Origin: Octopus vulgaris | Lineage: Eukaryota | Length of the DNA stretch: 64,000 bases | Assembly: GCA_951406725.2 (NCBI GenBank) | Contig: OX597823.1 | Coordinates: 86,304,001 to 86,368,000 of the forward strand | Direction: 5' to 3' | In this document: in pieces, positions 42,637-56,550 of the stretch | Layout: each line of letters opens with the position of its first letter | Numbering within the stretch: position 1 is the stretch's first letter | Translations under genes and position numbers: made by a program | The notes under the pieces: generated by a model | Told to the model about the DNA's origin: nothing | The model's input: only the letters and a program-made list of their open reading frames with translations | The model's database searches: none

Positions 42637-42989
42637 CAACAACAACAACAACAGCAACAACAACAACAACAGCAGCAGCAGCAGCATGTAAAATTACTTT
42701 ACGAATGGGAACCCAGGTTCGAAATTTCCTCAAGATACATGATGAAGGCTGGAGGGTATATCAGCCGAGTCGTTGTGTTAACAACAAACAATATTCGTCA
42801 AATGTAAATAGTGTAAATAATTCCGCAGAAAATAACTTATTAAAGTAAAAAACATGAGATGATATGTTGCAGATTTAAAAACAAAAGAAATAGACAGAAA
42901 AAAGTATTTCATCTGAATAAGCATTATATTCCACATTTTGTTCTGAATAGTCTCATCCACTTTCATCGACAAACAATATCATTTGAATA

Positions 42990-43215
42990 TATATTTCTTT
43001 ATTGCCCACAAGGGGCTAAACACAGAGGGGACAAACAAGGCGATTAAGTCGATTCCATCGACCCCATTGCATAACTGGTACTTAATTTATCGACCCCGAA
43101 GGGATGAAAGGCAAAGTCGACCTCGGCGGAATTTGAACTCAGAACGTAACGGCAGACGAAATACGGCTTCGAATTTCGCCCGGCGTGCCAACGTTTCTGC
43201 CAGCTCGCCGCCTTA
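42990..43215 (-). mobile_element. SINE-A monomer
   Basis: Reverse complement of the SINE-A consensus head and central block. Confidence 0.85.
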
Positions 43216-43439
43216 TATCGTTTGAATATAGGTAATACTTTTATATGCATGAATGTACGTTTTATGTATGCTTACACACACACACAAACACACACACACA
43301 CATTCGAAGATTTTTTTATCAAACACATGCCTGAAAATCCACATGTATCCGCAGAGTTTTTACAATTACATACAAGAAGAATGAAAGTGAGCGAGTCCTT
43401 TTATTACATCAATTTAGAATTGTTTCATTGAAATTCGAG

Positions 43440-44120
43440 TTGCTTTCGAGTTTATTTGTGGCGGCTCGAAACGCTTCTCCTGTGAGCGTTTGCACTTCAC
43501 ATTGTTATAGACGATCCAATTTTCGTACCCTGATACCATTTATTTTTTAAAAAAGGGGGTCGTTTTCTTCATGTTACTCTAACGAATCCCAGATACAAAT
43601 TCAATTGGAGAGCATAACCTCATTTGATTGAAATATGAAACCTGCAGATGTTACCAAGTTGATGCGATGTAATTAGCTTTGAACACTCGATCAATATATT
43701 TGGGGAATATCTACACTCACCTTGTATAACGGGGATTTGTGTTAAGGTTAACATTAGTTAACCAGCCAGACCAAGGGGTGTCTCGAAAGGAAAGGTTTAC
43801 CAGTCAAAATCTTAAAAACCATTCCTGGCACATACGTTCTATGACAGTATCTTCTCTGTATACAATACAGGTTGTCATTTTTGCTTATTTTTGTAAATAA
43901 AGTAAGAGATGTCGGTAATGTTTGTTTTGGTTCTCTATTTTCAAGGTGATCCCAAGCATACAAAATACAAGCTGTCAAGTCGCGAGTTCGCGGCGAACTA
44001 TATTGAGGAGTTAAGAATTTAACGAGTGAGCAAGAGTCGGACTGAAGTTAGCTACTTCTAAGAGTGCTTGAAGTTTAGCTACGACAAAAACTGAACGGAC
44101 ATTTTGGCCAACCTATTACA
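43440..44120 (-). pseudogene. Decayed mariner 5' half
   Basis: TIR-like tagttggccaaaatgtccgttcagttttt. Fragments EDTVIERMCQEWFLRF (HTH) and MVSGYENWIVYNNVKCKRS (TGDEKWIVYNN-like). Confidence 0.72.
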
Positions 44121-44254
44121 TTGAGGTAAATATCCTTTGGGTAAAAATAATGATGAAAGGCTCGAGTCCTTCGGGTAACCTTGAAAATTTTTTCTATCCA
44201 TGAGTGTTATTTTTTTTTAGACCAATATATTAATTACATGACTTTATTTATAAA

Positions 44255-44942
44255 GTGGCGAGTTGGCAAGTTCATTAGCACGCCGGGCAAAATGCTTAGC
44301 AAACATCTCGCTCGTCTTCACTTTCTGAGTTCAAATTCCGCCGAGGTCGATTTTGCTTTCATCCTTTCGAATTCGATAAAATAAGTACCAGTTCATCATT
44401 GGGATCGATATAATCTCTCCTAAAACTGCTGGCCTTGTAACAAAATTTGAATTCATAAGGCGATGAGCTAGCTGAATCGTTAACGCGCCGGACAAAATAC
44501 TTAGCGGCATTTCGTCCGTTTTGTTCTGATTTCGCATTCCACTCAGAGGGGCTTTGCCTTTCGTACTTTCGAGATTGATGAGTACCAAATGAGTTACCAT
44601 CTCCCCCTTGTGCCTATAGTGTGAAGGCCCATGGCTCAGTGGTTAGAGCGCCGAGCTTACGATCGTGAGGTTGTGAGTTCGATTCCATGACCGGGCTGCG
44701 TGTTGTGTTCTTGAGTAAGACACTTTATTTCACGTTGCTCCAGTTAACTCAGCTGTAGAAATGAGTTGTGACATCACTGATGCCAAGCTGTATCGGCTTT
44801 TGCCTTTCCCTTGGATAACGTCAGTGGTGTGGAGAGGGGCGACGGCTGACCTTCCATAAACAGCTTTGCCCGGACTTGTGCCTCGGAGAGTAACTTTCAT
44901 GACCGAAGGGGGTCTCCCTCCGCTGTACCTATAGTAGAAATC
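44255..44942 (+). mobile_element. Two SINE-A copies, with SINE-D (44621-44922) nested in the tail of the second
   Basis: SINE-D head ggcccatggctcagtggttagagc...gagttcgattcc, flanked by the duplicated tgt(g/a)cctatagt, which is the SINE-A tail. Confidence 0.78.
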
Positions 44943-46174
44943 ACTAGTTATGCCTGTATCTACATCGGACTCACCTTTAAAATAGTTTAATTCATATCTC
45001 AAACTTGTGAATTTTAATGGGGTAATTATATACATATATACGCACATGTGTGTGTGAGTGTAGATGTATATGTATTATTTGTAGTATTCTGAGTGCTTGT
45101 TTGTTCATGTGTGTGTAATGTGTGTGATCATATTTCTTCCAGACTTTGTGTCTAAGGAAAGTGAGTACGTAATATAATATAATACTGGACAGAACACACT
45201 GTATATTTATTTACAAACAAAAAGAAAGTCCTTGCTGACCATAACTTCCATGACCGCCTTGCTCTCTTCAGTTACATGCTAATATATTTGACAAGTTAGC
45301 AAGGGTGTCTCAAACGGTCACGCTACTTAGGAATAAACACTAAATAATCTCCCTCAAGCTGCACTTTACTCTCCTGTTAAATATATATATGTGTATTTAA
45401 GAACTGATCGGATAATATGTGTAGTGAGCACTCGTCCAGAGAAACAAACGGAATGGACATAGCTGGAACGCATTTGACGACATATTGGTGCCATCAAGTC
45501 TTGTTTACCTTTAGATCAGCCCTAACCAAGCAGGCCTGTGATCAAGGACCAATACCGATGCACAAGTATTACCTTGTAAATCGGACACCCTTTTTAGACA
45601 CAAGATATAATACAAACCCAGAGATACAAAGGACCGACATCCAAGAAGAATTTCAGAAGTCGAAAGAGGGACCTGGAAATACAAGAAAGGTCCTGGCAAT
45701 CCAGAGAGAGACTTGGCGATCCAAACAAGGGATCGGAGATATATGAATAGGCCTATAGGTTCAATAAGGATCACAGAGAATTAAAGAGTGGCTTTCAGAT
45801 GCAAGGAGAGTCATGAAGATCCAAAGAGTGTCACGAAGATTAAGAGCATGAGCCTCGAAGTCCGAAAGAGGACCGTGACGAATAAGAATTGACACAAAGA
45901 TAAAAACAGTGGCCTGAAGATCGAAGAAAGTGACTGGATGTTTAAGTCTAGGAAATAAAAAAACCGAAGACTCAAAGAGGGGACCTTTAGTCTAAAGAAA
46001 GGTGCTGGAGTCCAATGTGTTTCAAGGAATGATCCTGTGAAATTATGAAGGACAAAGGTTCATACATACATACACACACACATACATACATACATACATA
46101 CATACATACATACATACATACATACACGCACACACATACATACATGCATACATACATACACGCACATACATACA

Positions 46175-46205
<31 letters not shown>

Positions 46206-46214
46206 TTTTTATGT

Positions 46215-46315
46215 TTTACTTGTTTGAGTCTTTAGACTGCAGCAATGCTGGGGCACGGCAACGTAAAAGGAAGTAACTCCGACTGTCAAGCGCTGGTGGA
46301 TGGCAAACAAAGACA

Positions 46316-46354
<39 letters not shown>

Positions 46355-46495
46355 TCTTTTATTCTCTGCGGCCGTGCTAAAATACCGCCTGAAAGTTTGT
46401 TAGTCGAAGAAACTGACCGCAGGATTTTGTAATCCAAGTACTTATTCTATTGTCTTTTATGACGAACCGCTATATTACGGGGACATAAACACACA
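46215..46495 (-). mobile_element. Degenerate SINE-B fragments
   Basis: gactgcagcaatgctggggcac, gaaccgcta...ggggacataaacac. Confidence 0.65.
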
Positions 46496-46522
46496 ACCAC
46501 ACTTGCACCTATGTCACACCTC

Positions 46523-46581
<59 letters not shown>

Positions 46582-46586
<5 letters not shown>

Positions 46587-46841
46587 GGGACTCCTAGAGA
46601 AACCAAAATACTTGAAGATTATTCACACAAGCAGAGAGTAAAGCAGCGAAAATCAATCAATATCTGGTCATCCATGGACGCGCGTTTCGGAATTAGGTTT
46701 TATAATTTTATATTCTTTATGCAAAACCTAATTCCGAAACGCGCGTCCATGGATGGCCAGATATTAATTGATTTTCGTTGCTTTACTCTCTGTCTGTGTG
46801 AATAACCTCAAGTATTTTGGTTTCTCTAGGAGTCCCTTTTT
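46582..46841. repeat. ~120-bp-arm palindrome with a hammerhead 3' half (GAAAC-GCGC-GTC) in each arm
   Basis: 46582-46701 is the reverse complement of 46722-46841. The following ~46845-47035 is homologous to ~21135-21330. Confidence 0.85.
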
Positions 46842-47030
46842 AAAGTAGAAGAAATAGCTAAGATTTTTGGCTGCTATTTCTAAAGTTCGGTGTGTGGTGA
46901 AGCAAATCTTTGCTGAACCCTTTTATTAAGTATTACTTATGTTTACCGTGAAATGGTCCTTTTTCATACCAAATTCTACTTGGTGAAATTATTGATTACT
47001 TCTTAATTAATCAATTTTACCCTTTGTTAT

Positions 47031-47092
<62 letters not shown>

Positions 47093-47144
47093 GTACACAC
47101 ACAATGTGTATATGAGTGTGCGTGTGTGAGTGTGTGTATGCACG

Positions 47145-47175
<31 letters not shown>

Positions 47176-47788
47176 TAACACTGCATCATTGTATTTATAT
47201 GACGTTTAGGGTGCCATCTCCAGACATCCGGCTGCTCTTTCTTGCGATCAAGCCTCAAATAAAAGTCGCACTTGTCGGATTATTAATAAGTAAATGATAG
47301 CCTGAACTCACGTTTAAAATGTCTGTCGGGGGTCATCGTCGCGTAATTTCAATTGAATCCTTTACATACAGATCATATAACAACCTTCCGTTTATTGCCT
47401 TTGTTTTATGATATCAATTTTCTTAATACAGCTGTCAAAGGTGGATTCGTATGACGCTAATGACAGGACAGATAGTCGCCGACGAGACATTTCGCTACTT
47501 CACTGTTGGTGTTGTTTAATGGGTGTCGGGTTTAGAGATTATTCTGTCTCTTTTTGTCATCCTCTCTTTATATTTACATGCATGCACACACACGCACTCA
47601 GATACGAACACACGCACACACACATACACACACACATCTATACATAGGCATGAATATGTATGCTATACATATATATACGTATATGTATATACATATGTAT
47701 ATACATATATATAATATACACGTATACAAACACAACTATATATTCATTCAAATATATAACATTTTATATATATATATATATATACATA

Positions 47789-47973
<185 letters not shown>

Positions 47974-48005
47974 TTTATTTAAAAGCAGCAGAAATATAAC
48001 AAAGG

Positions 48006-48043
48006 CTGTTACTCAGAGTTTCTCGTTCCCGTTCATCGGACAG
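48006..48043 (-). ncRNA. Minimal hammerhead motif (family F3)
   Basis: ctgt-CCGATGA-acg-ggaa-cga-GAAAC-tctga-GTA-acag: stem I ctgt/acag, GNRA-capped stem II with one mismatch, GUA triplet. Confidence 0.6.
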
Positions 48044-48304
48044 TTTTGTTAAAATGGAACAGAAATAACAATTTGGTCAAAACTAGTTAAAGGATACACC
48101 TTTAAAAATGGATTTGTTTCATTGGTCCTTTCAAATAATGATCTTAATCATGCGATAAACAGAATAAGCAAAATTAATGAATTCAATATAAATTATAATT
48201 TTTTTTAATAATCTATAATTTATATTGAATTCAGTTATTTTGTTTATCGCATGCTTAAGACCGTTATTTGAAAGGACTAATGAAACAAATCCATTTATAT
48301 ATGT

Positions 48305-48953
48305 ATATGTGTGTCTGTTTCTCCCTCCCCATTGCTTGACAATCGATGTTGGCATGTTTGCGTTCCCGTAATTTAACGGTTTTACAAATGAAATAAGCTC
48401 TAGGCTTACAAAGAATTAGTCCTGGGGTCGATTTTTTTTTACTATAGGCGGTGCTCCAGTAAATGACTGAAACAAACAAAAATATAAATTAAACGGTTAA
48501 TATTTCATATTTACAATTATATTTTCATTAAAAAGAAGCATTTTTCTTTGACGAAGGGTCCAGACCCGAAACGTCCGCATGCACATCTCATACCCACAAA
48601 CAAACTTGCTGTTTTCATAACCGTCAAGCAATCAGGTGGCTCGGTCTCTCACTCAAAATGTCTACGTTATTTTTTTATTTTTTCATCAGCGCTGGGCTGC
48701 ATCTAAGACGTCTGGCAATTACATCGATCACGTCTGTTTAGTTAAACGGCGCTGTGCTGCATCGAAGTTGATTAGAAGTTGCATTAAGTACATTTAGCTT
48801 AAATAATCTACTGTTTTATGTATCCTAAGCTATGTGCTATTTAATAAATGCTTTACTGATATTCAATTACAAAGCTGAAATCCGTCCGCGAACATGTGTC
48901 ATATAAATAGGCATAATTGATTATATCTGAGTAATTCTAACTTCTAATGGTCG

Positions 48954-49022
<69 letters not shown>

Positions 49023-49590
49023 TATGGCTTTGTATTTTCTCTGACAGAAAACAATTAAAACGCTATAGCAGCGAGCTAATGTCTGTGTTACTTGCGTTTT
49101 ATTTTTTTACTGTTTCAGTCATTGGACTGCAACCATTCTTCGGCACGGCCTTGAAGGGTTTGAATCGAAAAGATTGATCCTAGAAATAAATTTTTCTGTC
49201 TCTTACTTATTCTAACGGTTCCTTTTACCGAACCGCTACGCAACAGAGATGTAAACAGACCAATATCGGTTATCGAACGGTGGCACACACATAAACACGT
49301 ATTCACTCGCACACATACGTACATCATAAAATATACATACATATGTATTTATGAACGTATTTACGTACGAATGTACGTACATATGTACGTTGTACGTACA
49401 TACGTATGTATGTATGCATGTCTACGACGGGCTTCCACTCATTATTCGTTTACTAAATCCATTCACAAGGTATCGGTACATTCATAGCTACTGGAGAAAA
49501 CTTTTATCCAAAGTGCCGTTTAGTGAGATTGAACTCAAATCAACAGGGTTTCTCAGTAAGCTTCTTAATCGCTCAGCCGTGCTTGTGCCT
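48305..49590. mobile_element. Diverged SINE-B copies (plus 48305-48480; minus 49110-49590)
   Basis: Recognisable SINE-B body and tail motifs. Confidence 0.7.
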
Positions 49591-50465
49591 ACGAACAGAG
49601 AAAATCCCGTGTGGAATGCTTCAAAAATTTGCGTGTCATCATTTCGCAGGAGCCACGCTAATCTGTATGTCGTTCAAGTTTTACTATATGTAATGCCGCA
49701 ATCTTTACCCTGAGTCCATATAAGTTGAGCTAAAATTACCCCATGCTTGGAAAAAACGCAAGTACTGCTTGGTTGACTCGTACCGCATACTCTGTATAAG
49801 AACGAAAAACATGTTTAAGTGGTTCCATAAGAGACAAATATTTGAAAGTACTTTAAACAAACCACCGCCATCAACAACACCACCACCGCCACTACAAACA
49901 TCACTAGCAACAACAAAAGCGACGACGATACCAATGGCATTGTCACAAAGAACATGATGGTTAATTGTATGATAATCCAGATTTAACTTTAGAGGGGTCT
50001 TCGAAGATCTACGGTGTTTAGTTACCAAGCAACGAGCTTCGTATTATACATAAGTATAATGTTGGAAACGATTAACTTATAGAGATAGTACTTCAAGTGC
50101 ATTGAGTTGATAGCTTTCTTGGTTGTCAATGAGGACAATGGAGATTATTCTAAAACACTTTATATTCTCAGTATTAAAACAAACTAAACAATGAACTAAT
50201 AGTTTACAACTAATAGGTCTTAACTAATGGTTGAGAAACTCAGCGAATCGGCAACAATGTTAATTCTTATATCTATGTTTGTGTGCGTGTGTGTGTATGT
50301 ATAATATACATACATATACATATACACACACGTACACACACATACACACAATACATATATGAGTGTATGTATATATATATATATATATACGTATATATAT
50401 TTATATATATATATATATATGTTTATATGTCTATCTATATATCCATACATATATATATATACATC

Positions 50466-50610
<145 letters not shown>

Positions 50611-50809
50611 TATATACATATAAATATATATATGTATACATATAATAGCATGTCGGCAGTGACCTGACAGAGTTGTTAACACACCGGCCAAAAAGTCTTA
50701 GCAGCATTTAATTCTATTATCGGAGTTCGAATCCTGCTGATTGAACTTTAATTTTTCATCCTTCCTTTAACCTACCCTATGAGCCCTAGGCCCCGAGAAT
50801 AGTAATGTG

Positions 50810-51005
50810 ACCGCGTGTGTACTGTTGGCGATTTTTTTTTCCCTCCGTCTTCCCTTTGGATCTGACCTTTTCCTATGTTTCTGACAAAGAGCTCCGCTCG
50901 AAACGTTAAACCCTCCTTCCTTCCTGAGCGTCCAATAATACTATACTTGTTCCACGTCCTCGCGTTGTTGTGTTTTCTCTTTGTGTTTTCATGTTTGGAT
51001 TAACT
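50810..51005 (+). mobile_element. F4 repeat with minimal hammerhead motif (50877-50911)
   Basis: gttt-CTGACAA-a-gagc-tcc-gctc-GAAACGTT-aaac. The core G8 is mutated to A, so this copy is probably inactive. Confidence 0.65.
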
Positions 51006-51403
51006 TTATATATATCCCCGATTTTCTAAGCTGTCCTCACAACCTCCTGCGTTCGTGATTTCCTTCATTTTCTCTAGAATGCCGTCACAGTGGGCAATTA
51101 TGAGTTGGTTTACAAAATATTCTCACGTTCTAAAAGTTGCTATTTAGCTCTAAAAAAAGAGGGTATATTCTTTCAGGGCTCTTTTACCTTAATGGTACAG
51201 AACGCTCGGTCGGAATTTGAGAGATTCACTGTGCGAACCCCTGTGGGAGTTTGCTGGCATCCCCGCTCCCTAATTTCTAAGCTGTCTTCTCAGCCTTCCG
51301 GATTTCGCATTGCATCTTATAGCAGAAACAACTGTAAGCTAATGAAGTTCTTGGCATAATTGATTATTACTTTGTCATTTTAATTTCTTATATATATAAA
51401 TAT

Positions 51404-51764
51404 AGGCCCAGGCAAGTCTGTGTGGTAAGAGGTTTGCTTCCCAACCACATGGTTCTGGGTTCAGTCCCACTGCCTAACACCTTGCACACATTTGTCTACT
51501 ATAGCGTCGGACCGACCAAAACCTGAGTGGATTTGGTAGACGGAAATTGAGAAAAGCCTTTTGTATGTATATATGTGCGCGCGCGCACGCGTGTGTGTGT
51601 GTGTGTGTGTGTGCGCGTGTGTCTGTGTGCCTGTGTTTGTCCCCCATCATTGTTTAACAACCGTTGTTGGTGTGCTTACGTCCCCGTTACTTAGCGATTC
51701 GGCAGACGAACCGATAGAATAAGTACTAGGCTAACAAAGAATAAGTCCCCGGTGTCGATTTGAA
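51404..51764 (+). mobile_element. SINE-B, 3'-truncated at a junction with a LINE fragment
   Basis: Head, CORE-like block and body run up to gtcgatttg. Confidence 0.8.
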
Positions 51765-52255
51765 AACCGGGATGACAGACTGGGATAAGGTCTGTTTCGG
51801 TATACAACCTGAGTCTAAAGAATCTCTCCAGAGGTTGGTTAGAGGGACTACAAGTTGTTCTCTATATTCCTTCAATTCGATCAATAGGCCAACGAGTGAG
51901 ACAGCGGTCCTATGCTTATTTGCATATGAATAGAACACTTTTGGGTTTTATTCATCCATTCGATTGATGGGTAATTCTGCTGCTGCTTTGTCTGGTGTAG
52001 TGCGGTTGCCTAACTTCAGGGTATTTGTGGGCCAGTTTACATAAGGTAGGTTAAGATCATCCATCACCAGTATGCTTCGGGGTTGCATTTTAGAAGGAAG
52101 GAACTGATTTTGTTGAGGCACTCTTCAAAGCACTTAAGAGGTGCTTGAGGAGGCCTGTAGAGATCAACAATGGTTATGTCATTGGTCTGGTTAAATAGCG
52201 ACATGGATTCACAGTAGCCGTTGGAAAATATGTCTTTCGCAAAGGAGTCATGGAG
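51760..52255 (-). mobile_element. Decayed, internally deleted CR1/L2-group LINE fragment (APE + pre-RT)
   Basis: DLYRPPQAPLKCFEECLNKI, DDLNLPYVNW and LKEYREQLVVPLTNLWRDSLDSGCIP...VIPVFK parallel the motifs of the LINE at 37400. Confidence 0.8.
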
Positions 52256-52483
52256 AAAGATGTATGTATGTATGTATGTATGTATGTATGTATGTATGTA
52301 TGTATGTATGTATGTATGTATGTATGTATGTATGTATGTATGCATGTATGTATGTATGTATGTGTATATATTTATATATATATATATATGTGGATATATA
52401 TATATATATCCATATATAGAAAAATATATGCATACACTTCTATATGTCCACATGTATACATACACATATGCACAAATCTCTCT

Positions 52484-52548
<65 letters not shown>

Positions 52549-52552
<4 letters not shown>

Positions 52553-52758
52553 GGTGTCCCAGACGTCGCGCACCATTCTGTTTTTCATTTTAAATAATTA
52601 AAGCATTTTATTTTATTATATTTTTCTGCATGTTTTAATGTAGAGGGTGCTCAATTTGAGCATTTGTTACGATTAATTTCAATAAAGTGTTTTTGAAATC
52701 AATAAGAGTGTATTCTTTTAAAAAAACTAGGATGGTCCGCAACTTCTGGGATACCCTG
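52549..52758. mobile_element. Tc1/mariner-type MITE
   Basis: TA|cagggtgtcccagacgtcgcgcaccattctgtttt ... aaaactaggatggtccgcaacttctgggataccctg|TA; imperfect ~35-bp TIRs inside (TA)n. Confidence 0.78.
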
Positions 52759-53509
52759 TATATATACACACGCACATATACACATATATATGTGTGTGTG
52801 CGTGAGTGTATATATGCATAAACATGCACATTCATGCATTCGTAGATAAAAGTAATGCATTGTATGTGTATACGTGTTTGTGCGCGCGCGCGCGTGTATG
52901 TGTGTCTGCGGGGGCAGGAATAATTGACCTTCCTAAAAAGAATTGCGTTAAAAATTTTAACACCAGCACCTGAAGACATCCACAAAACTGGAAAATACAC
53001 ACATCAAGTCTTTTAAACGACTCTTCTACAATATTAATTGTTTCCGTTTCATCCCACAGTCTCGTATAACGCCACTTGCCAAACAAGTACGGATCTGAAC
53101 TGCCATTAATATATTTCTTTGTGTTCGTTTTATATTCTTGATACTTGTTTTTTAATCACTTTTTTTATTGTCTTGAAAGTTCACAGGTGCAATAGTTTAT
53201 TATTTCTGATTGTTTAATAAATCCGGCAATTGGACTGTAACGATGTCAATATATGAAGACAACCTCATTTCCATATATTTGCATGAATAAAAATAGAGGT
53301 AAACGACTTTGTGTATTTTAAATGGGTCGTGCATTATATGAAGATGCTCTTGCACTTAACTTAAATTGCAAAGGAAGAGCATGCTGTAAACATGTGTTAA
53401 GTTCAAACGGTATGAACGATTTGAGCAAGAAGGGCAAAGAGAGTGACAAGGTAGCCTCATGCGCTTAATTTTTCTCGACAAATCGTGTTATGCTCTGTAT
53501 TCTTCTTCT

Positions 53510-53808
53510 CGCCCTTTTCAAGCCTAACCAGGCTCGTGGGCCCGGTTTCCAGGTTTCTGTGGCGTATGTGTTCCCCTCAGATGGACGGGACGCCAGTCCA
53601 TCGCAGCGTTACTCAAGAAACAGGAAGAGGGAGTGAGAGAAAATTGTGGTGAAAGAGTACAAGGGTCGCCACCACCCTCTGCCGGAGCCTCGTGGAGCTT
53701 TAGGAGTTTTCGCTCAATAAACACACACAACGCTCGGTCTGGGATTCGAAACCGCCATCCTCCGACCGCAAGTCCCTTGCCCTAACCACTGGGCCATTGC
53801 ACCTCCAC
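53510..53808 (-). mobile_element. SINE-C, tail type 1
   Basis: Homologous to 15085-15388; contains gcgatggactggcgtcccgtcca. Confidence 0.85.
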
Positions 53809-53869
53809 ATGGTCAGTATTATTGGAAATTAATTCAAATTCGACTTTTTGGGGTTGATCAATTCAAAAC

Positions 53870-54770
53870 CAGTTACGTACTGGGGTCGATCTGATCGACT
53901 GGCCCCCACTCCTCAAAAATTTCGGGCCATGTGCCTAGAGTAGAAAAGATTATTCGAAATTGATATCTCTTAGCCTTTGACCCTCTATTTATTTCAGTCA
54001 TTAGACTCTGGTCATACTGGGGCACCGCCTGGAAGAATTTTTAACCGAATGTATCGACTCCAGTAATTTTATTACACCTGGTACTTATTCTATCGTTCTC
54101 TTTTGCCGAAATGCTAATGTTTCGGAGACATAAACATACCATCAACGGTTGTCAATCAGAGGTGGGAAACAAGCGCAGACACAAAGATACACACACATAC
54201 ATAAATAAATGACGGGCTTCTTTCAGTTTCTATCTACCAAATCCACTCACAACGCTTTTGCCGTTGGCCTGAGGCTATAGCAGAAGTCATTTGTCCAAGG
54301 TGCCACGCAGTGGGACCGAACCCGGGGATATATGGTTGGGAAGCAAACTTCTTATCACACAGTCACTCCTACGCTGAAGATATAATAATTTATATACATG
54401 TCCTTATAATATTGGTTTCAAAGTTTCGCACAAGCCTAGCAATTTCGTGGGAGAGTGAAAATCAATTACATCATCCCCATATTCATCTGGTACTTATTTT
54501 ATCGACCCCGAAAGGATGAAAGACAAAGTCGACCTCGAGGAATAACATGTCATTCTAGTATTGGGTTAAAAATCGATGAGCTTAGCTGAATGATCAGCAC
54601 GGCATTTCGTCCGTCTTTTACATTCTGAGTTGAAATGACACGGAGCTCGACTTTACATTTCATCTATTCGGGTTCGATAAAGCACCAGTTGAACATTGTG
54701 GTCGATGTAATTCACTAATCCACTCTCGACAAAATTTCATGTATTGTACCAATAGTACACTAGAAAGATT
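53870..54770. mobile_element. Cluster of SINE-A fragments and one minus-strand SINE-B (53990-54375)
   Basis: Family-diagnostic motifs as above. Confidence 0.75.
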
Positions 54771-55007
54771 AAAGTATTTAAAATACTAGATAGTCAAATA
54801 GATTCGTTTTCTTAATTTCTGTTTTTGCTCCCCCTCCACCTCAATTTAAACTTTTTCATTGCTATTTGAACTCACATGAAAAATATTTTTATCCTGTTTT
54901 ATGGCTTTTGCATCCCTATTGCTCTTCTAAAACTTATGTTCATCGTTTTGAGTAAATTTTGCCTTCTTTTAGACTTATGACGATAGGGTGTATATATATA
55001 TATATAC

Positions 55008-55067
<60 letters not shown>

Positions 55068-55373
55068 GGAAAAGCACTATTATGCAATTCAAACAATGAT
55101 AGACATAAACCAAATCATAAATAAAAAGTAAAATATATTTTTTAAATATAAATAAAAAATATATTTTAAAACATATAACTAGATCACAAAAAGTTTAAAA
55201 ATTAATAATCAATATTTAATAAGTAACATATAATAAGTAATAAGTTTTTCTCTAATTTATATATTATATATTTAGATTGTAAAATTTGATTTGATACTAA
55301 ATTGAATGTTTTTTCCTGTAAGTTTGGAGTTATACTCCCTAATGTTTTATAAATATATATATATATATATATA

Positions 55374-55773
55374 TCTTTATATATATAAACGGCAGTTTGT
55401 CTGTCTGTGTGGGTGTCAGGTTGTAGCCTCACTCTGACCACGGCTTTCAACCGATTCTGATGAAACTTGACACTCACATAGCCCAATGTCATAATTCAAA
55501 ACTAACGCAGCGAAAATTTTGAAAAGTTCCCCCAGTTCTGAAAAATATCGATAAATTCGACATGGGGTCGATAATCTAAGCTTTTTATATGCAACACATT
55601 TACTGTCGGGAGACAGCTAGGAACATCGTATACATAGAAGTATTCGAGTGAAGAGAAGATATTGCAACCTACACATGCGCCTTCGTTCCCTAGAGGGAAA
55701 GAACTAGATTGGGATTAGTCGTTGCCTACTAGGGGCTCTTACATACCCGGGCAACGCCGGGCTATGCTGCTAG
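55374..55773 (+). mobile_element. Non-autonomous Helitron retaining a RepHel C-terminal remnant
   Basis: A|TC start; cccgggc-aac-gccggg hairpin plus CTAG|T end. 55616-55651 translates ARNIVYIEVFE*, resembling the TKNIVYKEV helicase terminus. Confidence 0.8.
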
Positions 55774-56461
55774 TATATATATATATATATATGAAAGGAA
55801 AAATTGAACGATTTTATCTGACAAGCCAATATTTGTTAATCGTTAAAACTAAATTAATTAAGTAAAATCAACAGAGTCTGTTTGTGGTGACACCTAATGC
55901 TAGAAATAACGGTTATGTCATTCTCAATTCACCGCTTACTCTATTAAATTAGAATAGCGTTCTAATCGTTAAACGCTTTCTTTGAAGAAAAGACGTCAAC
56001 GCTGGAATATTTTTATTGTAGGTCAATTCGAGTTTAGCTGACGTGGACTTAAACAACATCAGTAACATTGAACAAAAACACCTAAGCTCCACGAGGTTCC
56101 GGCGGTGGTGGGGTGAACCCCGCTGTACTCTTTCACCACAACTTTCTCTCACTCATTCTTCCTATTTCTGTCACATAGCAGAGGAACCATGGTGTTAACT
56201 ACTATGGTGTGGTAAACTTTCAGAGCCTAGTCTAGATTGCGAATCCACTATACCCCAGGAGGGTTCAGCTCTCCACCCGTTAAAAGCCACCATTTACGGA
56301 ATGAGGATAACAACGTAGCTTTCGCGCCCGTGCAACCGCCAGTCTATCATGCGTGTGGTGGGTGGATCTTCAAGTTACCATACACATTCTTAGTAGCTTA
56401 GAGGAGTAGGCTAGAATTAGAGATTATTCTTTGTGGCTAATGGCGTGGTGAGTCCTCATTG

Positions 56462-56550
56462 GAAGAAGAAGAAGAAGAAGAAGAAGAAGAAGAAGAAGAA
56501 GAAGAAGAAGAAGAAGAAGAAGAAGAAGAAGAAGAAGAAGAAGAAGAAGA
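56462..56550. repeat. (GAA)n microsatellite
   Basis: Perfect tract; possibly the tail of an unclassified retroposon at ~56175-56461. Confidence 0.9.

Noticed and set aside
43712-43860. Apparent minus-strand exon with an AG|GTGAGT donor
   Set aside because: The sequence translates as a mariner HTH region within a decayed transposon.
45417-46050. Purine-rich segment with 109-aa and 87-aa ORFs
   Set aside because: No motif could be recognised. It may be an ancient retroelement remnant but cannot be supported from the sequence alone.
52832-53150. Protein-like minus ORF (LFGKWRYTRLWDETETINIVEESFKRLD)
   Set aside because: No recognisable domain, no convincing splice sites or start, and it runs into a microsatellite.
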